Below, in pieces: positions 10,853-22,086 of a stretch of DNA of 64,000 nucleotides. The stretch spans positions 128,001-192,000 of the forward strand of contig QCUR01000003.1 of NCBI GenBank assembly GCA_003208875.1, read 5' to 3'. The notes beneath the pieces were generated by a model that was given only the letters and a program-made list of their open reading frames with translations, had not been told where the DNA came from and did no database searches. The DNA comes from Prochlorococcus sp. AG-679-M23 (lineage in GTDB: Bacteria; Cyanobacteriota; Cyanobacteriia; PCC-6307; Cyanobiaceae). Each line of letters begins with the position of its first letter. Position 1 is the first letter of the stretch. The translations under genes and the position numbers were made by a program.

Positions 10853-13779
10853 GTTTGAAATCTAAAGACTCAAAAAAACCAATTTTACTTTTAGTTGATG
10901 GCCATTCTTTAGCCTTCAGAAGCTTCTATGCATTTAGCAAAGGGGTTGATGGGGGATTAACAACTAAAGAAGGTTTTCCAACTAGTGTCACCTATGGATT
11001 TTTAAAGAGTCTTCTAGATAATTGCAAAAATATTAATGCTGAAGGCGTTTGTATTACCTTTGATACAGAAAAACCAACTTTTAGACATGAATTAGATCCA
11101 AACTATAAAGCTAATAGAGATGTGGCTCCAGATGTTTTTTTTCAAGATATTGAACAACTAGAAATCATCTTGAAAGAAAGTCTTAATTTACCTATTTTCA
11201 AATCACCAGGATTCGAAGCTGATGATCTATTAGGAACAATTGCTAATGATGCATCCTCAAAAGGTTGGTGTGTAAATATTCTTTCTGGGGATCGAGATTT
11301 ATTTCAACTAGTTGATGATCAAAAAGATATTTATGTTCTCTATATGGGGGGAGGTCCTTATGCTAAAAGTGGCAATCCGACTTTAATGAATGAAAATGGA
11401 GTCAAAGAAAAACTAGGAGTTTATCCAGAAAGAGTTGTAGATCTGAAGGCCTTAACTGGTGACAGTTCTGATAATATCCCAGGTATTAAAGGTGTAGGAC
11501 CAAAAACAGCAATTAATTTATTAAAAGAGAATGATACCTTAGACGGGATTTATAAAGCCTTGGACATTATTCAAAAAGATGAAAATAAAAAATATCAGGG
11601 TTTTATAAAAGGAGCCGTTAAGGAAAAGTTAAAAAATGATAAATTCAATGCTTATCTTTCAAGAGATTTAGCAAAGATCGATGTTGAAGTACCTCTGGTC
11701 TTAAGTAATGGATATGAATTAAATCAAATAAACCAAGCTGCTCTATCAGAATCTCTTCAAAAACTTGAATTATCAACTTTACTGAGGCAAGTTGATATTT
11801 TTAATTCAGCATTTAGTAAAGGCGGTTTTAATAAAAATAATGAGGAAAAACAAAAAGAAAAAGAATCAAAAGTTTCAGCTGCAACAGATTTAGAAGAAAC
11901 AGAACATGAAATCCCAAAAATCAAAGTAACTATAGTTAATGATTTTAAATTACTAGATCAACTAGTTAAAAAATTAGAGATTACGAAGGAGATAGTTGCG
12001 TTAGATACTGAGACAAATAGTTTAAATCCCCTAGAGGCAGAACTTGTAGGTATAGGTTTTTGTCTTGGTGAAGATCTTAATGATTTATTTTATATACCCA
12101 TTGCTCATCAATCACAAAAAAATGAGTTAAATCAATTATCAATTGAAGATATATTTTCTAATTTAAGATCATGGATAGAAAATCCAGAAAAAGAAAAAAC
12201 ACTTCAAAATTGTAAGTTTGATAGACAAATATTTTATAACCATGGGCTAAATCTTAGAGGAGTTATTTTTGATACCCTGTTAGCAGATTACATTCTCAAT
12301 AATCAGGAAAAACATGGATTAAGTGAAATTAGTTTTAGAGAATTTGGATTTAAGCCCCCAACTTTTAAAGAAACAGTTGGAAAAAATAAAGATTTTTCAT
12401 TTGTCGACATTAATGATGCAAGTATTTATTGTGGTTATGATGTATTTCTAACTTACAAAATCGCGAAAATTTTTAAAGAACGATTTAATAATGAAAATAA
12501 GGATTTAACAAAATTATTTAAAGAAATCGAATTACCTTTAGAGCCAGTCTTATCAGAAATGGAGATGAATGGTATCAGAATAGATACCACTTATTTAAAT
12601 GAACTTTCTGGAGAATTAAAAAGTACATTAGAAAATATTGAGGAAAATGTTTTTGAAATAGCAAAGCAAGAATTTAATTTATCCTCTCCAAAACAACTTG
12701 GTGAAATATTGTTTGAGAAGTTAAATCTTGATAAAAAAAAATCAAGGAAAACAAAAACAGGTTGGAGTACTGATGCAGTTGTTCTTGAAAGATTAGTAGA
12801 AGAACATGAGATAATTCCCTATCTAATAAAACATAGAACTCTTAGTAAACTTTTAAGTACATACATTGATGCTCTTCCCAATCTTATTAGTGAAAAAACT
12901 GGAAGAGTTCATACTAACTTTAATCAAGCAGCTACCGCCACTGGGAGATTAAGCAGTAGTAATCCTAACCTTCAGAATATCCCTGTCAGAACAGAATTCA
13001 GTAGAAGAATTAGAAAAGCCTTCTTGCCAGAAAAAGGTTGGAAATTACTATCGGCAGATTATTCTCAAATTGAATTAAGAATACTTGCTCACTTAGCTAA
13101 CGAAGAAATTCTTATAAATGCATTCCACAAAAATGATGATATTCACTCTTTAACAGCACGATTGATTTTTGAAAAGGAAGGTATAAATTCTGACGAACGA
13201 AGAGTTGGTAAAACCATTAATTTTGGAGTTATTTATGGAATGGGAATAAAAAAGTTTGCACGCTCTACAGGGGTAAGTACGACTGAAGCAAAAGAATTTT
13301 TGATTAAATATAAAAAAAGGTATGCCAAAATTTTTAAATTTCTAGAACTTCAAGAAAGGCTTGCTCTCTCGAAAGGTTATGTAGAGACAATTTTTGGAAG
13401 AAAGAGAGAATTTAAATTTGATAAAAATGGACTTGGTAGATTAATAGGAAAAGATCCGTATGAAATAGATTTGCAAACTGCCAGGAAAGCTGGGATGGAG
13501 GCTCAGTCATTAAGAGCCGCAGCAAATGCTCCTATACAGGGTTCTAGTGCTGACATTATTAAAATAGCTATGGTTCAATTGAACAAAAAATTATTAGAGA
13601 TGAATATTCCAGTTAAAATGCTTTTACAAGTTCATGATGAATTATTGTTCGAGGTCCAACCAGATTTCTTAGAAATCACAAAGCAACTAGTGAAAGAAAC
13701 TATGGAAGATTGTGTGAAATTAAAGGTACCGCTTCTAGTCGATATCGGAGTTGGAAATAACTGGATGGAAACCAAATAA
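10849..13779 (+). CDS. polA: DNA polymerase I
   Basis: 5'-3' exonuclease (VDGHSLAFR, EADD, GDSSDNIPG), 3'-5' exonuclease DTET, polymerase motifs DYSQIELR and VHDE. Confidence 0.99.
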   Translation: MSLKSKDSKKPILLLVDGHSLAFRSFYAFSKGVDGGLTTKEGFPTSVTYGFLKSLLDNCKNINAEGVCITFDTEKPTFRHELDPNYKANRDVAPDVFFQDIEQLEIILKESLNLPIFKSPGFEADDLLGTIANDASSKGWCVNILSGDRDLFQLVDDQKDIYVLYMGGGPYAKSGNPTLMNENGVKEKLGVYPERVVDLKALTGDSSDNIPGIKGVGPKTAINLLKENDTLDGIYKALDIIQKDENKKYQGFIKGAVKEKLKNDKFNAYLSRDLAKIDVEVPLVLSNGYELNQINQAALSESLQKLELSTLLRQVDIFNSAFSKGGFNKNNEEKQKEKESKVSAATDLEETEHEIPKIKVTIVNDFKLLDQLVKKLEITKEIVALDTETNSLNPLEAELVGIGFCLGEDLNDLFYIPIAHQSQKNELNQLSIEDIFSNLRSWIENPEKEKTLQNCKFDRQIFYNHGLNLRGVIFDTLLADYILNNQEKHGLSEISFREFGFKPPTFKETVGKNKDFSFVDINDASIYCGYDVFLTYKIAKIFKERFNNENKDLTKLFKEIELPLEPVLSEMEMNGIRIDTTYLNELSGELKSTLENIEENVFEIAKQEFNLSSPKQLGEILFEKLNLDKKKSRKTKTGWSTDAVVLERLVEEHEIIPYLIKHRTLSKLLSTYIDALPNLISEKTGRVHTNFNQAATATGRLSSSNPNLQNIPVRTEFSRRIRKAFLPEKGWKLLSADYSQIELRILAHLANEEILINAFHKNDDIHSLTARLIFEKEGINSDERRVGKTINFGVIYGMGIKKFARSTGVSTTEAKEFLIKYKKRYAKIFKFLELQERLALSKGYVETIFGRKREFKFDKNGLGRLIGKDPYEIDLQTARKAGMEAQSLRAAANAPIQGSSADIIKIAMVQLNKKLLEMNIPVKMLLQVHDELLFEVQPDFLEITKQLVKETMEDCVKLKVPLLVDIGVGNNWMETK

Positions 13780-13803
13780 TCTTCCAATAAAAACTTTTTT
13801 AAT

Positions 13804-15282
13804 ATGATCAAATTATTTAATACTTTAAGTAAAAACGTTGAAGTCTTTAAACCAATAGATGAAGTAGTAAAAATATATTGTTGTGGCGTAACTGTTTATG
13901 ATTTATGTCATCTTGGGCATGCAAGAAGTTATATAGCTTGGGATGTTCTTAGAAGGTTTTTAATTTACAGAAATTATAAAGTTAAGTTTGTCCAGAATTT
14001 TACTGATATCGACGATAAGATTTTAAAAATAGCAAGAGAAGAAAATTGTTCAATGCAGGAAGTTTCTCAAAAAAACATCATTGAATTTCATAAAGATATG
14101 GATTCATTGGGGATTATGAGACCAGACAGCATGCCTACTGCGACCAACTCTATTTTAAGCATCGTTGAGTTAATTAAAATTTTAGAGAGTAAAGGATATG
14201 CATATTCTGTTGACGGAGATGTTTATTATTCAGTACTTAAAAATAAAAATTATGGGCAACTAAGTAATCAAAATATTCAAGAACAAAATGTTAATCAACA
14301 GGGAAGAATTTCTGTGACGGAAAAAAGCAAAAAAGAGGCTCCTCAAGATTTCGCTCTATGGAAAAATGCAAAAGCTAATGAACCATCTTTTAATTCTCCA
14401 TGGGGTCAAGGAAGGCCTGGATGGCATATTGAATGTTCAGCAATGGTAAAAGATGAATTAGGAGAAACAATTGATATCCATTTAGGTGGATCTGATCTTA
14501 TCTTTCCTCACCATGAAAATGAGATTGCACAATCTGAATCGGCAAATAATAAAAAACTGGCAAATTATTGGCTACATAACGGAATGGTCAATGTAAACGG
14601 ACAAAAGATGAGTAAATCATTGAAAAACTTCACCACAATAAGAGACTTATTAGAATCAGGAACAAGTCCAATGGCTTTAAGATATTTTGTTTTAACCGTA
14701 AACTATAGAAAGCCACTCGATTTTACCGATGAGGCTTTGAAAAGTGCCTCCGAAGCATGGAAAAATATTAATGTTGCTCTTTCTTTTTTTGATATTACTA
14801 AAAAAGAAAATCTATCGATTGAGGTAAAGGAAACTAATGAATTTGTTGAAGAAACATATAAAGATATGATCAATTATGAAATATCTCAAAAAAAGATAAA
14901 GTTTACTAATGCTTTAAATAACGACCTTAATACAGCAGGAGCAATTGCAATCATTTATGAATTAGCCAAACCACTAAAAAACTTTATAAATCAATTCCAA
15001 AGAATTAAAAACCTTGAAATAAATACTAATGAAAAATTTCATCTTAGAGAAACTTTTAAAACACTAGAAGAACTGACTGATGTTCTTGGATTAAAAAAAG
15101 AAGAAATAATAATCGACAACAGAATCAACGAAGATCAAATACTATCCCTCATTAATAAAAGATTGGTAGCAAAAAAGGAAAAAGATTATGCAGAAGCCGA
15201 CAAAATAAGAAATTCATTAAAGGAAAAAGGCGTAGAACTCATAGATCAATCCCCTGAGCTTACAACATGGGTAAGGATCTAA
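13804..15282 (+). CDS. cysS: Cysteine-tRNA ligase
   Basis: CGVTVYD..HLGH, PGWHIEC and KMSKS motifs. Confidence 0.99.
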   Translation: MIKLFNTLSKNVEVFKPIDEVVKIYCCGVTVYDLCHLGHARSYIAWDVLRRFLIYRNYKVKFVQNFTDIDDKILKIAREENCSMQEVSQKNIIEFHKDMDSLGIMRPDSMPTATNSILSIVELIKILESKGYAYSVDGDVYYSVLKNKNYGQLSNQNIQEQNVNQQGRISVTEKSKKEAPQDFALWKNAKANEPSFNSPWGQGRPGWHIECSAMVKDELGETIDIHLGGSDLIFPHHENEIAQSESANNKKLANYWLHNGMVNVNGQKMSKSLKNFTTIRDLLESGTSPMALRYFVLTVNYRKPLDFTDEALKSASEAWKNINVALSFFDITKKENLSIEVKETNEFVEETYKDMINYEISQKKIKFTNALNNDLNTAGAIAIIYELAKPLKNFINQFQRIKNLEINTNEKFHLRETFKTLEELTDVLGLKKEEIIIDNRINEDQILSLINKRLVAKKEKDYAEADKIRNSLKEKGVELIDQSPELTTWVRI

Positions 15283-15364
15283 ATTTTAAGAAAAAACCCA
15301 ATTTAAATTTTTTATTTTTTAAATTCACCTTTAAGTGGGAAAATATTATAAATATTAGAGAAAA

Positions 15365-16594
15365 TTGAAATACATTACTGTGCTGGGTTCAACAGGTTCA
15401 ATTGGGACTCAAACTCTCGAAATAGTTAGTGAACTTCCTGATAAATTCAAAGTAGTGGCTCTTTCAGCAGGGAGAAATATAGACTTATTAACGGAGCAAG
15501 TTAGTCAACATAAACCAGAAGTTATTGCTATCGAGGATGAAAATCTTTTAACAGATTTAAAAAATAATATTAACAATTTAGGAATAAGTAATCCTCCTAT
15601 AGTTTTAGGTGGTCGAGAGGCGATTAATTCAGTGGCAGCATGGGATTCTGCCGATACTGTAATTACTGGAATAGTAGGATGTGCTGGACTTATTCCGACG
15701 ATGTCAGCTATTAAGGCTGGTAAAAATATTGCGCTTGCCAATAAAGAAACCTTAATTGCCGCGGGATCTGTTGTTATACCTGCTTTAAAGGAAAGCAAAA
15801 GTAGACTTTTACCTGCGGACTCTGAGCATTCAGCTATCTTTCAATGCATACAAGGATTACCTAATTATGAAAATGCCGATTTTTCAACAGGTCAAATCCC
15901 AAATGGTTTAAAAGCTATTCATTTAACTGCATCAGGAGGTGCTTTTAGAGATTGGGCAGTAGAGGATTTAAAAAATGTCACAGTGGAAGATGCGACTTCC
16001 CATCCAAATTGGAGTATGGGGAGAAAAATAACTGTAGATTCTGCGACTCTTATGAACAAAGGATTAGAGGTTATTGAAGCACATTATCTTTTTGGGACGT
16101 CCTACGAAAATATTGAAATTGTTATACATCCTCAAAGTATTATTCATTCAATGATTGAGATGGAAGATTCTTCTGTCCTAGCTCAATTAGGATGGCCTGA
16201 TATGAAGCTCCCAATTTTATATGCAATGAGTTGGCCAGAAAGATTTAAAACTAATTGGAAAAGATTTAATTTAACTGAGATTGGGCAACTTACATTTAAA
16301 AAACCGGACGAAGTAAAATATCCATGTATGGGACTTGCATATTCAGCAGGAAAATGTTCAGGAACAATGCCTGCAGTACTAAATGCTGCAAATGAAATGG
16401 CAGTAGATCAATTTCTAAAAGAAAAAATTTCTTTTCAAGAAATTCCTATCTTTATAAATAAAACTTGTGAATCACATTTAAATAAAATCAACTTAAATCC
16501 AAAGTTAGAAGATATTCTAGAGGTTGATAATTGGGCGAGGATTTTTGTTCAAGAAGAGATAAAAAAAGGCAAAAAATATATCAACGTAGGTTAA
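15365..16594 (+). CDS. dxr: 1-deoxy-D-xylulose-5-phosphate reductoisomerase
   Basis: GSTGSIG, LANKE, PADSEH and HPNWSMG motifs. Confidence 0.99.
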   Translation: MKYITVLGSTGSIGTQTLEIVSELPDKFKVVALSAGRNIDLLTEQVSQHKPEVIAIEDENLLTDLKNNINNLGISNPPIVLGGREAINSVAAWDSADTVITGIVGCAGLIPTMSAIKAGKNIALANKETLIAAGSVVIPALKESKSRLLPADSEHSAIFQCIQGLPNYENADFSTGQIPNGLKAIHLTASGGAFRDWAVEDLKNVTVEDATSHPNWSMGRKITVDSATLMNKGLEVIEAHYLFGTSYENIEIVIHPQSIIHSMIEMEDSSVLAQLGWPDMKLPILYAMSWPERFKTNWKRFNLTEIGQLTFKKPDEVKYPCMGLAYSAGKCSGTMPAVLNAANEMAVDQFLKEKISFQEIPIFINKTCESHLNKINLNPKLEDILEVDNWARIFVQEEIKKGKKYINVG

Positions 16595-16599
16595 AAAAA

Positions 16600-16929
16600 G
16601 TGAACGTTCAAAAGCACTTATTACTTTGTGCAACGCCTACAAAACAAAAATGTTTTAAAGGCGATGAAGGTAATAAGACTTGGGAATGTCTTAAAAAGAC
16701 TTTAAAAAATTATGAGAATGATTCTTCTTCAAGAAATATACAAATAATGAGATCTAAAGTTGATTGTTTAAGGATATGTAAAAATGGACCAATTCTTCTT
16801 ATTTGGCCTGATGGCATTTGGTATGAAAAAGTTTCTCCAGAAAAAGTATCAGAAATTTTCACCTCTCATGTAATTAATGGTAATCCAATCGAAAAGTGGA
16901 TTTTCAAAAAAACTCCTTTTGAAAAATAA
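16600..16929 (+). CDS. Thioredoxin-like (2Fe-2S) ferredoxin
   Basis: HLLLC......C...CLRIC..GP...IWPDGIWY; GTG start at 16600, just after the dxr stop. Confidence 0.85.
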   Translation: MNVQKHLLLCATPTKQKCFKGDEGNKTWECLKKTLKNYENDSSSRNIQIMRSKVDCLRICKNGPILLIWPDGIWYEKVSPEKVSEIFTSHVINGNPIEKWIFKKTPFEK

Positions 16930-16948
16930 TTTTAAAAATATATATTTC

Positions 16949-18043
16949 TTAAAAACTTAAAAGCCAATTCTTAACTGCTTCATCAGACCAACAACCATTA
17001 TTTGAATGAAAACCATTATGCCCCCCTTTATCAGTTATCAGAATAGTTAATTTATTAAATGATTCATTCAAAGAATTTTTTAAATTTAAAGTAGATTGAT
17101 ATGGAACCCAAGGATCATCCTTAGCGTGGATTAAAAGAGTAGGGGGAAGATTCTTAATTAAATTTTGAATCCTAAAAATAGGTGAAGATTGATAATAATA
17201 ATCCTCTAAAGATTTGAACCCCCAACTAGGTGCAGTGAAATTTGCATCAAATTCTCCTATCGTTTTTAAACCTTTAATTTTTTTACTCAAGCTACTTTTA
17301 GGCAATAAAATCCCTTCATTTTTAAATCCATCCCATAATTGCCTTTTCAAACGTTGCATTAACCATTTTTGATATAAAAAATTTCGAGGCCTTTCTATAC
17401 AATTGCTGCAAGATAATAAATCTAAAGGGCTACTAACGCAAGCCAATCCATCTAATAATTTTCTACTACTATTTTTTGAGCTGTGGTCTAAGCAGGCATT
17501 AAGAAGAATAGTTCCTCCAAGGGATAATCCAACTCCAAATATAGGTAAATCTTCTTTGTTTTTTAAAGAATCTTTTAATTCAGAATTAAGAAGTTGTCTG
17601 AAAAATTTAAGCGCCAAAATAATATCATTCGAACATCTTGCGGAATAATTCCCTTTCGCCAAATATCTGGCTGATCCAGCTCCTCTAAGATTTAATTTAA
17701 GAACTCCAAATCCATTATTAACTAACTTTCTAGCAATTCGTTTTAAACCAAAACGCCTAGTAGATCCTCCTAATCCATGAGTAATAAGAACAATTCCTTT
17801 TAAACAATCTAAGTTCTCTGGGAACTCTAAGAACCCTAAAAGATAATCACCATCAAATTTTTTTGAGAGAATATTATTTATTGGTAAAAGTATTTTTTTA
17901 TTTGTTTTAGCTTGGAGAAGATCAAAAATAAATGTATCTCTTAAAGTTTGAAGGTCCCCTCCAATCCAAGGGAAAGCCTGTTTAAAAGGTCTTTTGTTTA
18001 TATAATCTGAGAACTTAAATGAGAGATTACTATTTATCGCCAA
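16949..18043 (-). CDS. YheT-family alpha/beta hydrolase
   Basis: GDLQT, HGLGGS, GLSLGG nucleophile elbow, DDPWVP, GGHNGF. Confidence 0.9.
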   Translation of the reverse strand: MAINSNLSFKFSDYINKRPFKQAFPWIGGDLQTLRDTFIFDLLQAKTNKKILLPINNILSKKFDGDYLLGFLEFPENLDCLKGIVLITHGLGGSTRRFGLKRIARKLVNNGFGVLKLNLRGAGSARYLAKGNYSARCSNDIILALKFFRQLLNSELKDSLKNKEDLPIFGVGLSLGGTILLNACLDHSSKNSSRKLLDGLACVSSPLDLLSCSNCIERPRNFLYQKWLMQRLKRQLWDGFKNEGILLPKSSLSKKIKGLKTIGEFDANFTAPSWGFKSLEDYYYQSSPIFRIQNLIKNLPPTLLIHAKDDPWVPYQSTLNLKNSLNESFNKLTILITDKGGHNGFHSNNGCWSDEAVKNWLLSF

Positions 18044-19466
18044 CTCCTAGATCCTTTAATTCTCCAATTAACTCACTTAAAACTTTCTTGGCATCACCAA
18101 AAACCATAGAGGTATTTGGCAAGTCAAACAAATCATTTTTTATACCCGAATAACCAGCGCTCATTCCTCTTTTTATTACAAAGACTGTTCTTGCTTCCTG
18201 GACATCAAGAACAGGCATTCCGTATAAAGGAGAACTCTTGTCATTTTTTGCTTGAGGATTAACAACATCATTTGCGCCTAAGACCAAAACAACATCTGTT
18301 GCTGGGAATTCAGGATTAACAACATCCATTTCTTTGAGTTGTTCATAAGGAACATCTGCTTCTGCCAAAAGAACATTCATATGGCCTGGCATTCTTCCTG
18401 CTACAGGATGAATCGCATATACAACTTCAATACCATTTTGTTCTAGTTTTTTTGTTACTTCTCTCAAAGTATGTTGTGCTTGAGCCACAGCAAGACCATA
18501 TCCGGGAACAACGATCACTCTATTTGCTGCCTCTAATGTTAATGCACATTCTTCAACACTACAGGAAGTTATATTTGTATATTCCCCTGATCCAGAAGAT
18601 GTAGTAGTTTGTGCAGATAAAGAGCCTCCAAAAAGGACAGAAATCAGAGATCTGTTCATTCCTTTGCACATTACCTGAGTTAATATCAAGCCTGCTGCTC
18701 CCACCATTGCTCCAGCTACAATTAAAAGCTGACTGTCTACTACAAAACCTGCAGCTGCAGCTGCGATACCTGAATAGCTATTTAAAAGAGATATAACAAC
18801 CGGCATATCTGCACCACCAATTGGCAAAGTTACCCCAATTCCTAAAAGAGTAGAGGCTATAACTAAAAGCCAAATCGAACTAACATTACCGCTTATTAGG
18901 TATATGAAAGATATCAATGAAGTTACTCCAAAAACAATGTTTACAAAATGTCTAGCTTTAACCTGAGTCCATCCAGGGGTGGACAGCCAACCTTGTAATT
19001 TAGCCATTGCCACGATTGAACCTGAAAAAGTAATCGCACCAACAAATATTGAAACTGAAATTGAAGCATCATTAATAAAAGGTTCTAAAGATCCTGCTTT
19101 CGCTACTTCATTAAAAGGGAATAAAAATGCACCAATAGCTACCAATAGAGAAGACATTCCGCCAAAACCATTGAACAAAGCTACAGTCTCTGGCATTGAT
19201 GTCATTGGAACCTTCTTAGCAAGTAAAGTTCCTAACAAACTTCCCACTAAGGATCCAACAATGATCCATGCCCATGATTGAGATGGGATTCCAGAAGTAC
19301 CTAGATAGTAGGAGAGTAAACCTACAACAGAAAGCAACATAGCAAATGCTGCTAATATATTTGCTTCTCTAGCAGACCTAACTTTTGATAACCCTTTTAT
19401 ACCAAGTGCTAATAAAAGAACTGCTAGAAGATCTATAACGAATTTAATAATATCAGGAAGATTCAT
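18030..19466 (-). CDS. pntB: NAD(P) transhydrogenase beta subunit
   Basis: GGADMPVVISLLNSYSG, VPGYGLAVAQAQ and HPVAGRMPGHMNV motifs. Confidence 0.98.
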   Translation of the reverse strand: MNLPDIIKFVIDLLAVLLLALGIKGLSKVRSAREANILAAFAMLLSVVGLLSYYLGTSGIPSQSWAWIIVGSLVGSLLGTLLAKKVPMTSMPETVALFNGFGGMSSLLVAIGAFLFPFNEVAKAGSLEPFINDASISVSIFVGAITFSGSIVAMAKLQGWLSTPGWTQVKARHFVNIVFGVTSLISFIYLISGNVSSIWLLVIASTLLGIGVTLPIGGADMPVVISLLNSYSGIAAAAAGFVVDSQLLIVAGAMVGAAGLILTQVMCKGMNRSLISVLFGGSLSAQTTTSSGSGEYTNITSCSVEECALTLEAANRVIVVPGYGLAVAQAQHTLREVTKKLEQNGIEVVYAIHPVAGRMPGHMNVLLAEADVPYEQLKEMDVVNPEFPATDVVLVLGANDVVNPQAKNDKSSPLYGMPVLDVQEARTVFVIKRGMSAGYSGIKNDLFDLPNTSMVFGDAKKVLSELIGELKDLGVGDK

Positions 19467-19483
19467 TTTATGTAATTAATTGA

Positions 19484-19780
19484 TTATTTATTTTTTTTTG
19501 TAGGTTTACGACTAAACATTGCAAGCATTCTGTCCGTTACAAAAAACCCACCTACAACGTTAAAAAGGGCAAATCCAAGAGATATTGATCCGATTATTAA
19601 TAATGGACTATTTGGCTCTGCTTTTATAATTGCAGTTAATGCTGCCAACATTGTTATACCTGAGATGGCATTTGCCCCACTCATTAAAGGTGTATGAAGT
19701 GTTGGAGGTACTTTTCCTATTAACTCCAGACCTAATAAACTTCCAAGCAATAAAACCCAGAGCAAGCTATCAAAATTCAT
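19484..19780 (-). CDS. pntA: NAD(P) transhydrogenase alpha subunit part 2
   Basis: VPPTLHTPLMSGANAISG and GGFFVTDRML motifs. Confidence 0.97.
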   Translation of the reverse strand: MNFDSLLWVLLLGSLLGLELIGKVPPTLHTPLMSGANAISGITMLAALTAIIKAEPNSPLLIIGSISLGFALFNVVGGFFVTDRMLAMFSRKPTKKNK

Positions 19781-19795
19781 AATTTAATTAAGACC

Positions 19796-20926
19796 TCAAT
19801 TTTCAAAAACTTTATTTTGAAGGATAACTCCTTCATTACTTAATAAACAGCCAGAGATTAATTCATCCTCTTTATCTAGATTAATTACACCATCTTTTAT
19901 GAAAGGTGTAATCAAAGATGTGAGGTTCTTAGCATAAAGTGTACTTGCATCATAAGGAACAGATGATGGTAACTCGCCAGCTCCTATTAGCTTTACGCCA
20001 TTCCTAATAATAGTTTCATTAGATTTTGTTCCTTCGCAATTACCTCCTTGAGATACGGCCAAATCAATAACTACTGCTCCAGGTCGCATCTTTTCAATCA
20101 TATTAGAATCGATTAAAACAGGAGCTTTTTTACCTAAGACTTGTGCAGTACAAACAGCAACATCAGCTTCGGATAAATATTTAGTTAACGTAGCCTTTTG
20201 TTTAGAAAGGAATTCAGGCGTAACTGCTTTTGCATAACCACCTGATTCGCCTGGTTTTTCGTCAATTTCAGGAAGTTCTATAAATCTTGCTCCAAGAGAT
20301 TCAACTTGCTCTTTTACAGCTGGCCTAATATCTGAAACGAAAACAATAGCTCCAAGTCTTTTTGCAGTAGCAACTGCCTGCAATCCTGCAACCCCTCCAC
20401 CAAGAACAACAACTTTCGCAGGCTGTACAGTTCCTGCTGCAGTCATAAGCATCGGAAAATATCTATCAAGTTCACTTGCTGCTAAAAGAACTGCTTTATA
20501 TCCTGCGATATTGGCTTGAGAAGAAAGTACATCCGATGATTGAGCTCTACTAATCCTTGGAAGTAATTCCATTGATAAAGCTGAGATCTTTTGACTAGTT
20601 ATAGTTTTTTGAAGTTTTTCATTAGCATATGGATTTAAAAGGCCTACTAGAATAGCACCTTTTTTTAACTTGCTTAAATTAGATTCAGAAGGAGGTTGAA
20701 CACAAAAAACAACATCGACATTTTCCCAAATATTTATATTAGATTCACTAACAATTTCACCTCCAGATTCTTTGTATAAAGTGTTGTTAAACCCTGATAG
20801 TTCTCCAGCTGAACTTTCTACAAAAACTTCGCATCCAAGACCCTTTAATTTTTTTACAGCTGAGGGAGTAGCTGAAACTCTTCTCTCTCCAGAGGCTGTT
20901 TCAATAGGAATGAGTATCTTTGTCAA
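19796..20926 (-). CDS. pntA: NAD(P) transhydrogenase alpha subunit part 1
   Basis: ERRVSATP, PRISRAQ, GGGVAGLQA and GGYAK motifs. Confidence 0.97.
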   Translation of the reverse strand: MTKILIPIETASGERRVSATPSAVKKLKGLGCEVFVESSAGELSGFNNTLYKESGGEIVSESNINIWENVDVVFCVQPPSESNLSKLKKGAILVGLLNPYANEKLQKTITSQKISALSMELLPRISRAQSSDVLSSQANIAGYKAVLLAASELDRYFPMLMTAAGTVQPAKVVVLGGGVAGLQAVATAKRLGAIVFVSDIRPAVKEQVESLGARFIELPEIDEKPGESGGYAKAVTPEFLSKQKATLTKYLSEADVAVCTAQVLGKKAPVLIDSNMIEKMRPGAVVIDLAVSQGGNCEGTKSNETIIRNGVKLIGAGELPSSVPYDASTLYAKNLTSLITPFIKDGVINLDKEDELISGCLLSNEGVILQNKVFEN

Positions 20927-21058
20927 TTTATAGTTGTTTTAAACATACTAAAGATAAATTGAATAAAGTCAAAAGTCTTGGAGTTTGAGTTTTGTTAAAA
21001 ATATATTTTCTTTTCTTTAAATCATGGCTATGAAAATTATATAAGTATTAAAAATCTA

Positions 21059-21637
21059 ATGAGCATAAAAGCTATCGAATGCCCAGATGGAGTTTGTCAT
21101 AGTCATCATGGCGGTCATGCTGTTCCAAGACAAACCATGCAGAGAAACTTAGAGAAACATGGTAAAGACTGGTGTGAAAAACTAGCTGAAAGAATTTATG
21201 AAATGTCAGTTGATACCTATTCTCAAACAGTAATGCCTAGCCTTCATTCATCAGGATGGCAAAGAAGACATCTAGATTGGGAATTTAAATTAGCCGAAAA
21301 TGACTCTGAACCTGATGAAGCTCTTGTTGAAGGAATCATAAATGCTACTGAAAGTTTTCTAAGAAGCAGTGAGGTGCATAGATTATTCATACAAGAACTC
21401 GTACAGGGTACGTTTGAAGAAGCGAATGATAAAAAAATAATTTCTAAAGCTATAAAGTCTATTATTGAAGAGGAAATAGTTATTTCGTTAAGAGAAAAAA
21501 AAGAAATTCTTTTAAGAAAAATATCATCAAAATTAGTTTCTGAAGAAAAAGTTAGCGAGGAGCTTGCAATAAATTCAGCGAAAGAAGGATTTGATGAAGT
21601 TGAAAGGTTACTCGTTAATCATACAGAGGCAGTTTAG
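21059..21637 (+). CDS. Conserved hypothetical protein with N-terminal Cys/His cluster
   Basis: 192-aa ORF beginning IECPDGVCHSHHGGH. Confidence 0.8.
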   Translation: MSIKAIECPDGVCHSHHGGHAVPRQTMQRNLEKHGKDWCEKLAERIYEMSVDTYSQTVMPSLHSSGWQRRHLDWEFKLAENDSEPDEALVEGIINATESFLRSSEVHRLFIQELVQGTFEEANDKKIISKAIKSIIEEEIVISLREKKEILLRKISSKLVSEEKVSEELAINSAKEGFDEVERLLVNHTEAV

Positions 21638-21792
21638 ATCAAATTCTTTATATTTTTTTTATATTCACAGCAAATATAGGCTCAAATATTAACTAAATAT
21701 TAAATTATTGTTTGAAAGTACAAAGTTGTAACTTATTAGACAATGATTTAACCAAACCATATGCTTATCTATAGTCAATTCCAAAGCAGGAA

Positions 21793-22029
21793 ATGTCTAA
21801 TTTTATAAGGAAAAGAATTGATGTAGCAACCTGTTGGGCAACCAACAGAATATCCGTAATGGATACTCTAGAAAAATACGAGGATAGTTACGCAATTGCA
21901 GAGGAGTTCAGAGAATGGATATTGCATATTGGTGAAGAAAATGAAAACCTAAAAAGTTCTGTATTAAATTTTCCTAATGAATTAAAAGAATTATTAAATC
22001 AAAAGATAAATGAGAACTTAATCGAGTGA
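21793..22029 (+). CDS. Conserved hypothetical protein
   Basis: 78-aa ORF with AT.WA and EEFREWI motifs. Confidence 0.75.
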   Translation: MSNFIRKRIDVATCWATNRISVMDTLEKYEDSYAIAEEFREWILHIGEENENLKSSVLNFPNELKELLNQKINENLIE

Positions 22030-22086
22030 AATCCGACCTTCATAAGTAGGGCTAATTGATTAATATTAGAGAATATAAATATCTAA